From IMG/VR virus record IMGVR_UViG_3300045988_049759: a stretch of DNA of 45,961 nt, one strand, 5' to 3'. The stretch comes from a virus. Positions 35,854-45,760 of the stretch are shown here, one piece after another (the first letter of the stretch is position 1; every line of letters begins with the position of its first letter). Under the pieces are notes generated by a model that saw only the letters and a list, made by a program, of their open reading frames with translations, did not search any database and was not told where the DNA came from. A program made the position numbers and the translations under genes.

Positions 35854-36354
35854 ATGGCAAAACTTACAGCGAAACAAAAGCGATTTGTTGAAGAATACCT
35901 GATTGACCTGAACGCAACACAAGCGGCTATCAGGGCGGGTTATAAGGTAGATAATGCAAGACAGACTGCAACAGAAAACCTTGCAAAACCTTACATTGCG
36001 GAAGCTATCGAAAAAGCCCTTGCCGAAAGAAGCCGCCGAACCGGGATCAATCAGGATCGAGTTGTTCAGGAACTTGCCAAAATTGCTTTTGTCAATATTG
36101 CGGATGTTGTCAATACTGATTGTGAAATTCTTCCTGATGCTGATGAAGCTGACCTTGCAGCGATTGAATCGGTAAAAGTAAAAACCATTCCAACCAAAAG
36201 CGGTGAAATAGGCGTTGAACGGGAAGTTAAACTTTCTTCAAAGCTGAAAGCCCTTGAACTATTAGGGAAGCATTTGGGAATGTGGAATGATAAGCTGGAT
36301 GTAAATATGAATATTCCTATTATCTTTGAGGGGGAAGCAGACCTTGAAGAATAG
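35854..36354 (+). CDS. terS: Terminase small subunit
   Basis: MAKLTAKQKRFVEEYLIDLNATQAAIRAGY (Terminase_2-type N-terminus). Confidence 0.85.
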   Translation: MAKLTAKQKRFVEEYLIDLNATQAAIRAGYKVDNARQTATENLAKPYIAEAIEKALAERSRRTGINQDRVVQELAKIAFVNIADVVNTDCEILPDADEADLAAIESVKVKTIPTKSGEIGVEREVKLSSKLKALELLGKHLGMWNDKLDVNMNIPIIFEGEADLEE

Positions 36355-37591
36355 TGAAGCGTTCAGAATAAACCTTCCGGCAATTATCGGCAAGAGTTAC
36401 AAGGATTTTTGGCACACAAAAGCAAGATACCGTGTTTGTAAAGGTTCAAGAGGTTCAAAGAAAAGCAAAACAACCGCTTTGAATATGATTGTTCGCCTTT
36501 TCAAATATCCGCAAAGCAACGGTTTATGTGTTCGCCGTTATTCAAACACTTTGCGGGATTCGGTTTATAGTGATCTGAAATGGGCTATTCACAGATTAGG
36601 GCTTGATGGGTACTTTGAATGTACCGTTTCCCCTATGCAGATAACCCGAACCGATACAGGACAAAAGATTTTATTCCGTGGGTTGGATGATGGATTAAAG
36701 ATCACTTCAATTTCGGTTGATAAGGGTGTTTTGTGTTGGGTGTGGATTGAAGAAGCCTATGAAATCACCAATGAAGATGATTTCAACAAACTTGATTTGT
36801 CAATCCGTGGTGAAGTGCCGGAAGGGTATTTCAAGCAAATAACCCTGACCTTCAACCCATGGAGTGCTACAAGCTGGCTGAAAGCCCGCTTCTTTGATAC
36901 ACCTGATGAAGATACCTTTGTAAAAACTACCACATGGCAATGTAATGAATGGCTGGATGAATCTGACCGCAACATATTCCTGAAAATGCAGAAAAACAAC
37001 CCCCGCCGATACCGCATTGAAGGTGAAGGTGAATGGGGCATTGCGGAAGGGCTGATTTACACCAATGTTGTATGTGAAGATTTCAATGTTGATGAAATCC
37101 GGGCTATTCCCGGTATAAAATCAGCGTTCAATCTTGATTTCGGCTTCACTGATCCAAACGCCTTTGTTTGTGAAATGGTGGATAACGCTGCAATGCGGAT
37201 ATACATTTTTGATGAATGGTATCAAACAGGCGTTACCAACAAGATCATTGCCGAACAGATAAAGAAAATGGGTTATGGCGGGCAAAAGATTATTTGCGAT
37301 AATGCAGAGCCTAAAAGCATAGCCGAACTTCAAGATGAAGGTATCAAAGCAGAGCCTTCCCGCAAGGGCAAGGATAGTGTGAATCACGGTATTCAGCTTA
37401 TTCAGAACTATCAGATTGTAGTTCACCCCCATTGTGTAGAGTTCAAAAAGGAAATCGACAATTATTGTTGGGGTAAAGATAAAGATGGTAAGCTGACCGA
37501 CAAGCCGGATCACGAATTTTCACATGGTATGGATTCCATGCGGTACGGGGTAACAAAACTTCTGTTGCCGGATGCGTTCAGCTTTGATTAA
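36344..37591 (+). CDS. terL: Terminase large subunit (PBSX-family)
   Basis: Walker-A-like CKGSRGSKKSKT. C-terminal nuclease region. The start is TTG 36344 or 36326. Confidence 0.85.
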   Translation: MKNSEAFRINLPAIIGKSYKDFWHTKARYRVCKGSRGSKKSKTTALNMIVRLFKYPQSNGLCVRRYSNTLRDSVYSDLKWAIHRLGLDGYFECTVSPMQITRTDTGQKILFRGLDDGLKITSISVDKGVLCWVWIEEAYEITNEDDFNKLDLSIRGEVPEGYFKQITLTFNPWSATSWLKARFFDTPDEDTFVKTTTWQCNEWLDESDRNIFLKMQKNNPRRYRIEGEGEWGIAEGLIYTNVVCEDFNVDEIRAIPGIKSAFNLDFGFTDPNAFVCEMVDNAAMRIYIFDEWYQTGVTNKIIAEQIKKMGYGGQKIICDNAEPKSIAELQDEGIKAEPSRKGKDSVNHGIQLIQNYQIVVHPHCVEFKKEIDNYCWGKDKDGKLTDKPDHEFSHGMDSMRYGVTKLLLPDAFSFD

Positions 37592-37613
37592 AATATCAAA
37601 TTAGTAACAAGCA

Positions 37614-37648
37614 AGCCCTGAAACCGTATGTTTCCGGGCTTTTGATTT
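37614..37648 (+). terminator. Intrinsic terminator between terL and the next gene
   Basis: gccctgaaac-cgtat-gtttccgggc (one mismatch) followed by ttttgatttt. Confidence 0.6.
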
Positions 37649-37678
37649 TATTATGCAATGAAGAAAGGGGTGAACAAG

Positions 37679-38008
37679 GTGAAATTTAAGGCTAACGGGC
37701 TGATTTGGGAAGTTCAAAGTGTTCAGCGGGATAATGAAAAACTGAAAGTCAAAGGTGCTGAATGTTTAGGCGTTACCTACTACAAGGATTTGCAAATTTT
37801 TCTTGATTGCACCCTTCCCAAAGAACTATTCCGGCAGACGGTTATTCACGAACTGATTCACGCTTTTTCTTTCAGCTTTGGGGTTCACCTTGTAGCCAAC
37901 GAAAAGACGGAAGAACCCGTGTGTGATTTTATGGGTTCGCATTTGGATGAAATCTACACAACCACAAATAAAATAATGGCAGCTTGCTTTGAAAAGGGGG
38001 TGAAATAA
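37679..38008 (+). CDS. Small HExxH (HELIH) metallopeptidase-like protein
   Basis: Motif TVIHELIHAFSF. GTG follows GAAAGGGGTGA. Confidence 0.5.
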   Translation: MKFKANGLIWEVQSVQRDNEKLKVKGAECLGVTYYKDLQIFLDCTLPKELFRQTVIHELIHAFSFSFGVHLVANEKTEEPVCDFMGSHLDEIYTTTNKIMAACFEKGVK

Positions 38009-38009
38009 A

Positions 38010-39545
38010 GTGTTGGATTTTATAGGCAATATGGCGTTGCGTGTTTCAAATTGGGCGTTGCAGGGCGTTCATGGAAGGATGCACGATAAAGAATTCCTTG
38101 AAAAAGAAATTGCCCGCTGGAAGAACAGCCCGCAGCGGATCATGCAGATCAAAGGGCATTTGTACTATGACAATGAACACGATATTATCACCCGCAAAAG
38201 AACCATGATCGGGGAAGATGGCAAGCTGGAAGAAGTTGATAATCTTCCGAACAACCGTGTTATTGATAATCAGTATGCAAAGCTGGTAAACCAAAAGGCA
38301 AACTACCTTTTGGGGCAGCCTTTCGCCGTTGAAGGCGAAAACAAGCAGTACATTGAACTTTTGAAGCATATTTTCAATAAGCGGTTTATGAAAACCCTGA
38401 AAAATACCGGGAAAGCCGCCTTGAATAGTGGTATAGCGTGGTTATACCCCTATTACAACGAAAGCGGGGAATTCTCCTTCCGTATGTTTCCGGGGTATGA
38501 AGTGCTTCCCTTTTGGCAGGACAATGAACACACCATTCTTGATTTTGCCGTGCGGCTTTATTTGGTGATTGGTTACGAGGGAACAAACCCGGTTGTGATT
38601 GAAAAAGTTGAAGTGTATGACCTTGACGGGGTACACAACTTCATTTTGGATGGTGGTTCGCTTGTACCTGATGTAGTAAATCAGGAAGCAGCAGATTCTC
38701 CCCATGTAACAATCATTGGTGAAGATGGAAAGGTGCAAGGCTTTAATTGGGCGAAAGTTCCCTTGATCCCGATAAAGTATAACGAACAGGAAACCCCGCT
38801 TTTGAAGAAGGTGAAATCCCTTCAAGACGGTATCAATGTTATGCTTTCGGACTTTGAAAACAATATGCAAGAGGACGCAAGGAACACAATTCTTGTTCTT
38901 AAAAACTATGACGGGCAGAATTTAGGTGAATTCAGGCGTAACCTTGCAACCTTCGGTGCGGTAAAGGTTCGCTATGATGGTGAAACCAAAGGCGGGGTTG
39001 AAACCCTTGAAATCCATGTAAACGCCGAAAATTACAAGGCGATTGTGGAAATTTTCAAAAAGGCAATCATTGAAAATGGCATGGGTTATGATGCCAAAGA
39101 TGATAGGCTTTCCGGCAACCCTAATCAGATGAACATTCAATCAATGTATTCTGATATTGATTTGGATGCTAACGATATGGAAACCGAATTGCAAGCCGCC
39201 TTTGAAGAAATCCTTTGGTTTGTCAATGCTTATCTTGCAAACAGCGGGCAGGGCGATTTTGAAGGTGAGGAAGTAACGGTTATTTTCAACCGGGATATTC
39301 TTATCAACGAAAGTGAAGCTATTGCAAACTGTTCTGCTTCCGTTGGTATTCTTTCGGATGAAACTATCATTGGTATGCACCCGTGGGTTGACGATCCACA
39401 ACAGGAACTTGAACGCTTGAAGAAGCAGAAAGAGGAAGAACAGGCTGAATTTGAACGGCAACAGGGGTATAACCCTTTCGGGCAGCAACCCGGCAATCAG
39501 CCGCCACAAAAGGAAGGTGAAAAAGATGAAGGTGAAAAAGATTGA
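38010..39545 (+). CDS. Portal protein (SPP1 gp6-like)
   Basis: 511 aa. Positioned after terL, with an acidic/basic C-terminal tail. Confidence 0.85.
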   Translation: MLDFIGNMALRVSNWALQGVHGRMHDKEFLEKEIARWKNSPQRIMQIKGHLYYDNEHDIITRKRTMIGEDGKLEEVDNLPNNRVIDNQYAKLVNQKANYLLGQPFAVEGENKQYIELLKHIFNKRFMKTLKNTGKAALNSGIAWLYPYYNESGEFSFRMFPGYEVLPFWQDNEHTILDFAVRLYLVIGYEGTNPVVIEKVEVYDLDGVHNFILDGGSLVPDVVNQEAADSPHVTIIGEDGKVQGFNWAKVPLIPIKYNEQETPLLKKVKSLQDGINVMLSDFENNMQEDARNTILVLKNYDGQNLGEFRRNLATFGAVKVRYDGETKGGVETLEIHVNAENYKAIVEIFKKAIIENGMGYDAKDDRLSGNPNQMNIQSMYSDIDLDANDMETELQAAFEEILWFVNAYLANSGQGDFEGEEVTVIFNRDILINESEAIANCSASVGILSDETIIGMHPWVDDPQQELERLKKQKEEEQAEFERQQGYNPFGQQPGNQPPQKEGEKDEGEKD

Positions 39546-39735
39546 TATTTTACCCGTTACCCTTGAAGTGGAGTATAAGAACCCCATTTTAGGGCGGCTG
39601 TTCGCTTCCTTTGCGTGGCTGATGTTGGTGCGGTTCAAAAAGTTCAATCTGACAATGAATAATAGAACCGTGTGCAGCTTTTACCGCCTGATTGTTCCCC
39701 GCTTTGTGAAAGGCGGTGGAGTGGTTGAAGAATAG
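39526..39735 (+). CDS. Small hypothetical protein (69 aa) between the portal and the minor head protein
   Basis: ATG follows AAGGAAGGTGA. Overlaps both neighbours. Confidence 0.4.
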   Translation: MKVKKIDILPVTLEVEYKNPILGRLFASFAWLMLVRFKKFNLTMNNRTVCSFYRLIVPRFVKGGGVVEE

Positions 39736-42223
39736 CGAATATTGGAAGCTACGGTTTGAACAGCTTGAACAAGCCCAAAACGGGCAGGGTGCAGCCGCCT
39801 TTGCTGAAATCGAAAGGCAGTACAAGGAAGCCCAAAAGCAGATTGAAGGGCAGATCGCCCGGTGGTATCAGCGGTTTGCCGATAACAACGGAATTACCCT
39901 TGCACAAGCCCGTCAATACCTGAAAGGTGCAGCCCTGAAAGAATTTCAATGGGATGTTCAGGACTATATCAAATACGGGCAGGATAACGCTTTAATGGGC
40001 GGCTGGATGAAGGAATTGGAAAACGCTTCTGCAAAGTACCATATTTCAAAGCTGGAAGCCCTGAAAATTCAGACACAGCAAAGCCTTGAAGTTATGTTTT
40101 CAAAACAGATGGGAACAGTAACCGGGGCAATGGGTGATATTTTTGAAAGCGGCTATTATCATACCGCTTATGAACTTCAAAAGGGGTTCAATATCGGTTG
40201 GGATATTGCAGGGTTGGATCAATCGCAGATTGAAAAGGTGCTTTCCAAACCGTGGGCGGTAGATGGGAAAAACTTTTCTGAAAGGATTTGGACGAATAAG
40301 GAAAAGCTGATTTCAGAACTTCACGGCGAACTTACGCAAAATATCATGCTTGGGGCTGATCCACAAAAGGCGATTGATTCACTTGCAAAGAAGATGAACA
40401 CTTCAAAGCAAAACGCCGGGCGGCTGATTATGACAGAAGAAGCCTATTTCAGTTCAGCAGCACAAAGGGATTGCTTCAATGATCTTGATGTTGAACAATA
40501 TGAAATTGTGGCAACGCTGGATTCCCACACTTCCGATATTTGCAGAAGCCTTGACGGAAAGCATTTCCCCATGAAGGATTTTCAAGCGGGTGTTACCGCC
40601 CCGCCCTTTCATGTATATTGCCGTTCAACCACAGTTCCCTATTTCGATGAAGATTTCGGGGATATTGGGGAACGGGCGGCACGGGATGAAGAAACGGGCA
40701 AAACCTATTATATCCCGGATGATATGCACTATGAGGATTGGAAGCAAACCTTTGTTGACGGTGGCGATAAATCCGGCTTTGATGTGGTGGATGATGGTTC
40801 AGCACTTCACTATTCACACCACAAAGAGCCTGAACCCGCCCTTCCGCCAAAGAAGGAATATCTGACAAAGAAAAAGCTGCAAGCCAAAATTGCGGATGCA
40901 GATGTTCAGCTTGAAGATTTGAATGTGCAGTTTATGGCTATTTCCGGTGGTTGGTCGTATGATGAAGCAATTAAGGATTTCGGATCGCTTGAAGGGCTTA
41001 CTGATGGCGAGGATTTAACAAAGCTGAAAGACCTTCATTCACAGATGGAAGCCATTGAAGCCCAAAAAGCAGAGTGGCAGGAAAAATTGAATGAAAAGCT
41101 GAAAGCCGAACAGAAGAAAGCCCTTGCAAAGAAGCAGCTTGAACTTGAAGCCCAAAAAGCAGCGGTTCAGCAGCAGCTTGACGATTTCGAGATAAAGACC
41201 TATTCCGGGATTTGGTACAATAAGGATGTGACAACCGCCGATTGGGAAAGCCTGAACATTGCCGGAAAGAAGCAATACTATGAAGGCAAGTTCATTACTG
41301 AAACCGATCCTGACTTGATGAAGAAGTATCAAGACCTTTACAAGCAGCTTGAAGAACTTGATACAGAAGGCAAGAGTTACCACGATATTCAGCAGCAGTT
41401 GAAGAAGATTGAACAAGAAATTTCAAAAGTTCAAGCTGATTTGAAAAAAGTTGAAAATAGTGGTATAATAGAAGCGGTTGACGATGCCTATTCGCAAGCC
41501 CGCAAAGATGCCGCTATGTGGGCGAAAAGCACGAAAGAAGCGGATGCCCTATTGCGTGATAGGTGTGGTGAAGTGTGGCGTTCTTCCCCGCCTATTCAGA
41601 AAAATGCAATATATGACTATACCCAAAGTTACCACAAATTCAATGAACCGTTGCGGGGCATTGAATACGGCAGCGAAAAGTTTTTAGGCGTTGGCAATGT
41701 GGACTTGGATCAGATCGGGGTTAGTTATTCCGGTTGGAAACCCGGAGCAATGCGGAAAGAAATTAACGCTATGACTGATATAATCGAAAAATCGGTTTAT
41801 CAGGAAGATTTTTGGTTGCAGCGTGGTTGTAGGTTCAAGGGCATGGATAAATTTTTCAATGTTCCAATGGATAAGCTGCAACACGCTTCACAAGCTGAAT
41901 TGGAAGCCTTGCTTTTGGGTACTACCCCCACGGAATACGGCTTTTGTTCGTGTGGTGTGGCAAAGGGTAAAGGGTTCAGCGGTGATATTATCCTGAACAT
42001 ATATGCCCCTTCCGGTACTCAAATGATGTATGTTGAACCGTTTTCCGCTTTTGGTAATGGTTCGGGTAAATCGTGGGATGGGCTAAAGCCGCAAAGTTCA
42101 TTCGGGCAAGAATCAGAAATCATTTTGCAGCAGGGAACAACTTTCCGTGTTACAAAGGTAGAAAAGACACCCGGAACAATTTACATTGATCTTGAAGTTA
42201 TCGGGCAGAAACCGCAACGGTAG
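39716..42223 (+). CDS. Minor head protein (SPP1 gp7 / Mu F-like) fused to a C-terminal ADP-ribosyltransferase domain
   Basis: gp7 motif DSHTSDICRSLDGKHF...PPFHVYCRSTTVPY. Coiled-coil linker. ART motifs YHKFNEPLRG, WLQRG, GFCSCG and QESEIILQQGTTFRV. Confidence 0.8.
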   Translation: MEWLKNSEYWKLRFEQLEQAQNGQGAAAFAEIERQYKEAQKQIEGQIARWYQRFADNNGITLAQARQYLKGAALKEFQWDVQDYIKYGQDNALMGGWMKELENASAKYHISKLEALKIQTQQSLEVMFSKQMGTVTGAMGDIFESGYYHTAYELQKGFNIGWDIAGLDQSQIEKVLSKPWAVDGKNFSERIWTNKEKLISELHGELTQNIMLGADPQKAIDSLAKKMNTSKQNAGRLIMTEEAYFSSAAQRDCFNDLDVEQYEIVATLDSHTSDICRSLDGKHFPMKDFQAGVTAPPFHVYCRSTTVPYFDEDFGDIGERAARDEETGKTYYIPDDMHYEDWKQTFVDGGDKSGFDVVDDGSALHYSHHKEPEPALPPKKEYLTKKKLQAKIADADVQLEDLNVQFMAISGGWSYDEAIKDFGSLEGLTDGEDLTKLKDLHSQMEAIEAQKAEWQEKLNEKLKAEQKKALAKKQLELEAQKAAVQQQLDDFEIKTYSGIWYNKDVTTADWESLNIAGKKQYYEGKFITETDPDLMKKYQDLYKQLEELDTEGKSYHDIQQQLKKIEQEISKVQADLKKVENSGIIEAVDDAYSQARKDAAMWAKSTKEADALLRDRCGEVWRSSPPIQKNAIYDYTQSYHKFNEPLRGIEYGSEKFLGVGNVDLDQIGVSYSGWKPGAMRKEINAMTDIIEKSVYQEDFWLQRGCRFKGMDKFFNVPMDKLQHASQAELEALLLGTTPTEYGFCSCGVAKGKGFSGDIILNIYAPSGTQMMYVEPFSAFGNGSGKSWDGLKPQSSFGQESEIILQQGTTFRVTKVEKTPGTIYIDLEVIGQKPQR

Positions 42224-42238
42224 AAAGAAGGTGGCTGA

Positions 42239-42475
42239 ATGGCTGAAAAGAAAACATTTGAAGAACGGTATGCGGATGAAGTTCTTTCGGACAACACCCA
42301 AAAGCCAAAATGTGAACAGTGTAAGGATTGCATTTTTCGGGATGATGGAACGGTATATTCCAGCCATTACACAAAAAGCAGTTGCCGGATGTACCCTTAT
42401 CCAAAGTTCAAACCGCTTGCGGTTATAGACGGTTCGGAACAATGCGATTATTACGAAAAGGAAAAGCGGAAATAA
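42239..42475 (+). CDS. Small Cys-rich protein (78 aa)
   Basis: Motif CEQCKDC...C...C. Confidence 0.45.
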   Translation: MAEKKTFEERYADEVLSDNTQKPKCEQCKDCIFRDDGTVYSSHYTKSSCRMYPYPKFKPLAVIDGSEQCDYYEKEKRK

Positions 42476-42788
42476 GCACTTTTGAAATTAACTTCTCAAG
42501 GGTGCTTTTTTCATGCCATTTTTCAAGGTGTAAATATATCAAAGCCCTTTGAAGCGTGGCTATATGACGATTATATAAAGGCGATTTTTTCAGAAAAGGG
42601 GTGAATTTGTGGTAAAAATCGGTAATGGCAGTTAGAAAGGAACGGTGATCCAATTCTATCTTCCAGCTATGGGTTAAATAGTGTTTTCGTCTTTTTGTGC
42701 GGTGCAGACGGTAAAGAACAGCGGCAAAATTCATTTCGTGGTTCGTAACCCACGGTAAAAAACGGAAAATGAAAGGTAGGTACACACT

Positions 42789-43385
42789 ATGAAGAAAGAA
42801 GATTTGATTGCAATGGGCTTGACAGAGGATCAGGCAAAAAAGGTTATGGATTCCCTTGATGGAAACTTTGTCACAAAGGCAAGGTTCAACGAGGTAAACG
42901 AGGAAAACAAGACCTTGAAACAGTCTGTTGCTGATAGAGATAAACAGCTTGAAGATTTGAAGAAATCCAGCGGCGATAATGCCGAACTGAAAAAGCAGAT
43001 TGAAACCTTGCAGCAGCAGAACGCCGATCAGAAGAAAGCCCACGATGCGGAAATGGCACAGTTAAAGCTGGATAATGCCATTGATGCCGCCCTGACAGCA
43101 GCCGGGGCAAAGAACATAAAGGCGGTTCGTGCTATGATCGACACTTCTAAAATGAAATTGGGTGAAGATGGCACAGTTGAAGGGCTTTCCGATGCCATTA
43201 AAGCGGTTCAGAAATCCGATTCCTATATGTTCAATACGGTTCAGCAGAAGCAACAGACCTTCAAGGGCTTCCAACCGGGGGCTTCCGGTGAAGTGAAGCC
43301 GGGAACGGAAGTTGACACTTCCAAAATGACTTATTCGGAACTTGCGGCTTATATGGCGGCAAACCCGGATGCAAAAATTGATTAA
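42789..43385 (+). CDS. Scaffolding protein (GP20-like)
   Basis: MKKEDLIAMGLTEDQAKKVMDSLDGNFVTKARFNEV. Coiled coil. Directly upstream of the major capsid gene. Confidence 0.8.
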   Translation: MKKEDLIAMGLTEDQAKKVMDSLDGNFVTKARFNEVNEENKTLKQSVADRDKQLEDLKKSSGDNAELKKQIETLQQQNADQKKAHDAEMAQLKLDNAIDAALTAAGAKNIKAVRAMIDTSKMKLGEDGTVEGLSDAIKAVQKSDSYMFNTVQQKQQTFKGFQPGASGEVKPGTEVDTSKMTYSELAAYMAANPDAKID

Positions 43386-43404
43386 AAAGAAAGGTGATTG
43401 AACA

Positions 43405-44481
43405 ATGGCTAAATTTGACAGTAAGACTTTTAACCCGCAAGCCTTTGGTGCGTATGTTAAGCGAATTCCCAATGTCACCAAAACAGAGCTTGCAAAATCG
43501 GGTGCGGTAGGCACTAACGAACAGGCAAGAGCGGCACTTTCCAATCAGACAGGAAGCCTTTATGCCCGTATTCCCTACTTTGGGCGAATTGGCGGCGGTA
43601 CTTCGCAGAACAATGACGGCAGCACGGATATTGTTTCCAGCAACACCACCACCTATGAACAGGGCTTTGTTACCGCTTCCCGCATGGACGGATGGACAGA
43701 GCGCAGCTTCAGCAAGAACATTACGGCGGGCGTTGACTTCATGGATAATGTTGCGGCACAGGTAGCCGATTACAAGATGGAAGTGAAGCAGGCTATGTTG
43801 CTTGCTATTCTTTCCGGTGTATTCGGTATGAAAACTACCGGAACGGATGTTGCAGCCAAAGCCGCAAAGGAATTCATTGATAAGCATACCTATGACATTA
43901 CGGGTAAAGCCGGGGATGATGCCCTTGTCGGTGCGGCAACGCTGAATCAGGCAATTCAGAAGGCTTGCGGCGATAACAAGAACATTTTCAAGCTGGCAAT
44001 CATGCACAGCGAGATTGCAACCCGCCTTGAAAACATGAAGCTGCTGAAATATCTGACACAGACGGACGGTGAAGGAATTCAGCGTGATCTTGCAATCGCT
44101 ACTTGGAACGGGCGTTTGGTTCTGATTGATGACAATATGCCTACGGAAGATGTTGCGACTTCCGGTGATGTTGCGGCTTATACCGCCTACACCACATATA
44201 TTCTTGGCAGCGGTGCGATTATCCTTGATGATATTGGGGATTCCGTTCCGTATGAAATGAGCCGTGACCCGAAAACCAACGGCGGGCAGGATACGCTTTA
44301 TGTGCGTGACCGCTATATTTGCGGTGTGGATGGTATCAGCTTTGAGAAGCCCGCAAGCATTACAGCTTCCGCTTCCAACACTGACCTTTCCACGGGTACG
44401 AACTGGAACATTATCAACGATGGCAGCAAGGCAATCCCACACAAGGCTATTGCCATTGCAAAGATTGTTTCCAAAGGCTAA
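43405..44481 (+). CDS. Major capsid protein
   Basis: 358 aa. Follows the scaffold gene. Confidence 0.8.
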   Translation: MAKFDSKTFNPQAFGAYVKRIPNVTKTELAKSGAVGTNEQARAALSNQTGSLYARIPYFGRIGGGTSQNNDGSTDIVSSNTTTYEQGFVTASRMDGWTERSFSKNITAGVDFMDNVAAQVADYKMEVKQAMLLAILSGVFGMKTTGTDVAAKAAKEFIDKHTYDITGKAGDDALVGAATLNQAIQKACGDNKNIFKLAIMHSEIATRLENMKLLKYLTQTDGEGIQRDLAIATWNGRLVLIDDNMPTEDVATSGDVAAYTAYTTYILGSGAIILDDIGDSVPYEMSRDPKTNGGQDTLYVRDRYICGVDGISFEKPASITASASNTDLSTGTNWNIINDGSKAIPHKAIAIAKIVSKG

Positions 44482-44499
44482 TTGAAGGCGGTGATCCCA

Positions 44500-44889
44500 A
44501 TGCTGGAAATGGTAAAGGAACGGTTAAAATCGTTTGGGTATGAGTTGCAGGAAGGGGATGAATTCGCCCTTACCTTTTCAATTCAGAAGGTGGAAAACAC
44601 CATAAAGAACGATTGCAACACGCCTTCTATACCTGATGGCTTGGTGAATATCGCTGTTGATATGGCGGTAGGTGAATTCTTAACGGCAAAGAAAACCTTT
44701 TCGCCGGATAGCATTGCAGGGCTTGATTTAGATATGGCGGTAAAGCAGATACAGACGGGCGACACCAACACAGTATTTGCAACCGGGGAAGGAAGTTCAA
44801 CGCCTGAACAGCGGTTGAACTCTTTTTTGAACTATCTTCTGACTTATGGCAGGGATCAATTTTCCTGTTATCGAAAAATCAGATGGTGA
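44500..44889 (+). CDS. Head-tail connector protein (gp6-like)
   Basis: MLEMVKERLKSFGY... Position after the major capsid gene. Confidence 0.6.
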   Translation: MLEMVKERLKSFGYELQEGDEFALTFSIQKVENTIKNDCNTPSIPDGLVNIAVDMAVGEFLTAKKTFSPDSIAGLDLDMAVKQIQTGDTNTVFATGEGSSTPEQRLNSFLNYLLTYGRDQFSCYRKIRW

Positions 44890-45269
44890 ACGGACTGACC
44901 GCCGCACAAAAAGCGGCAAGGAAAGCGATTGAAAGCACCTATTCAGGTGTTTGCACCATTCTTGAACGCCGGGATGTGAGGGATGAAAAAACCAAAATCA
45001 CCCGGAAGAATGAAGAAGTTCCCGTTGTCGAAAATCAGCCTTGCAAGCTATCCTTTGAAAAACTGAACGCCGTTGTTCAGACTGACACGGCGGCAAAGTT
45101 GACACAAGGCACAAAGCTATTCATAGCACCGGAAATCAAAATCAAACCCGGATCAAAAATCATTGTGGAACAGAACGGCACAACAACCGAATATTCCGCA
45201 AGTGGTGAACCCGCCGTTTACTTTTCCCATAGTGAATATATGCTTGAACTGTTCAAGGGGTGGGCTTAA
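44883..45269 (+). CDS. Head closure / head-tail adaptor protein
   Basis: Called on position and size (128 aa). Confidence 0.5.
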   Translation: MVNGLTAAQKAARKAIESTYSGVCTILERRDVRDEKTKITRKNEEVPVVENQPCKLSFEKLNAVVQTDTAAKLTQGTKLFIAPEIKIKPGSKIIVEQNGTTTEYSASGEPAVYFSHSEYMLELFKGWA

Positions 45270-45760
45270 TGGCGAACATGGGCGGGTTTTCGGTGGCTGG
45301 AATGAAGAAGCTGCAAAAGCAGTTGAACAAAATTCAGCAAGGCAATGTTGAAGCCTTCATTGATGCTTGTGCGAAAGAACTTGCCGCCCGCCTATTGGCA
45401 AAAGTTATCAAGCGTACACCCGTGGGGCAATACCCCGCAAGTTCAGGTAAAAAAGGCGGTACACTTCGCCGGGGCTGGACTTCCAAAAACCATGAAGAAG
45501 CGGAAAGCGGGAAAAAAGCAAGTGCGAAAGCATACGCTGATTCCCTTACAATCCACCATTACGGAAACACCCTTGTTATTGAGATAGTGAACCCGGTTGA
45601 ATATGCTTCCTATGTGGAGTATGGACACCGGACAGCCAATCATAAAGGGTGGGTTCAAGGGCGGTTCATGCTTACGATTTCGGAACAGGAAATACAGAAT
45701 ATAGCCCCGAAAGTGCTTGAAAGCAAAATCAAAAAGTTTATAGGGGAGTGCTTGAAATGA
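45269..45760 (+). CDS. HK97 gp10-family neck protein
   Basis: Motifs TPVGQYPASSGKKGGTLRRGW and EYASYVEYGH. TAATG overlap with the upstream stop. Confidence 0.65.
   Translation: MANMGGFSVAGMKKLQKQLNKIQQGNVEAFIDACAKELAARLLAKVIKRTPVGQYPASSGKKGGTLRRGWTSKNHEEAESGKKASAKAYADSLTIHHYGNTLVIEIVNPVEYASYVEYGHRTANHKGWVQGRFMLTISEQEIQNIAPKVLESKIKKFIGECLK

Noticed and set aside
42423-43043. 206-aa ORF on the - strand
   Set aside because: It overlaps the scaffold gene and the small Cys-rich gene in antisense. It has no SD and no recognisable domain.
43261-44442. 393-aa ORF on the - strand
   Set aside because: It is antisense to the major capsid gene within a uniformly + strand late operon. It has no motifs.
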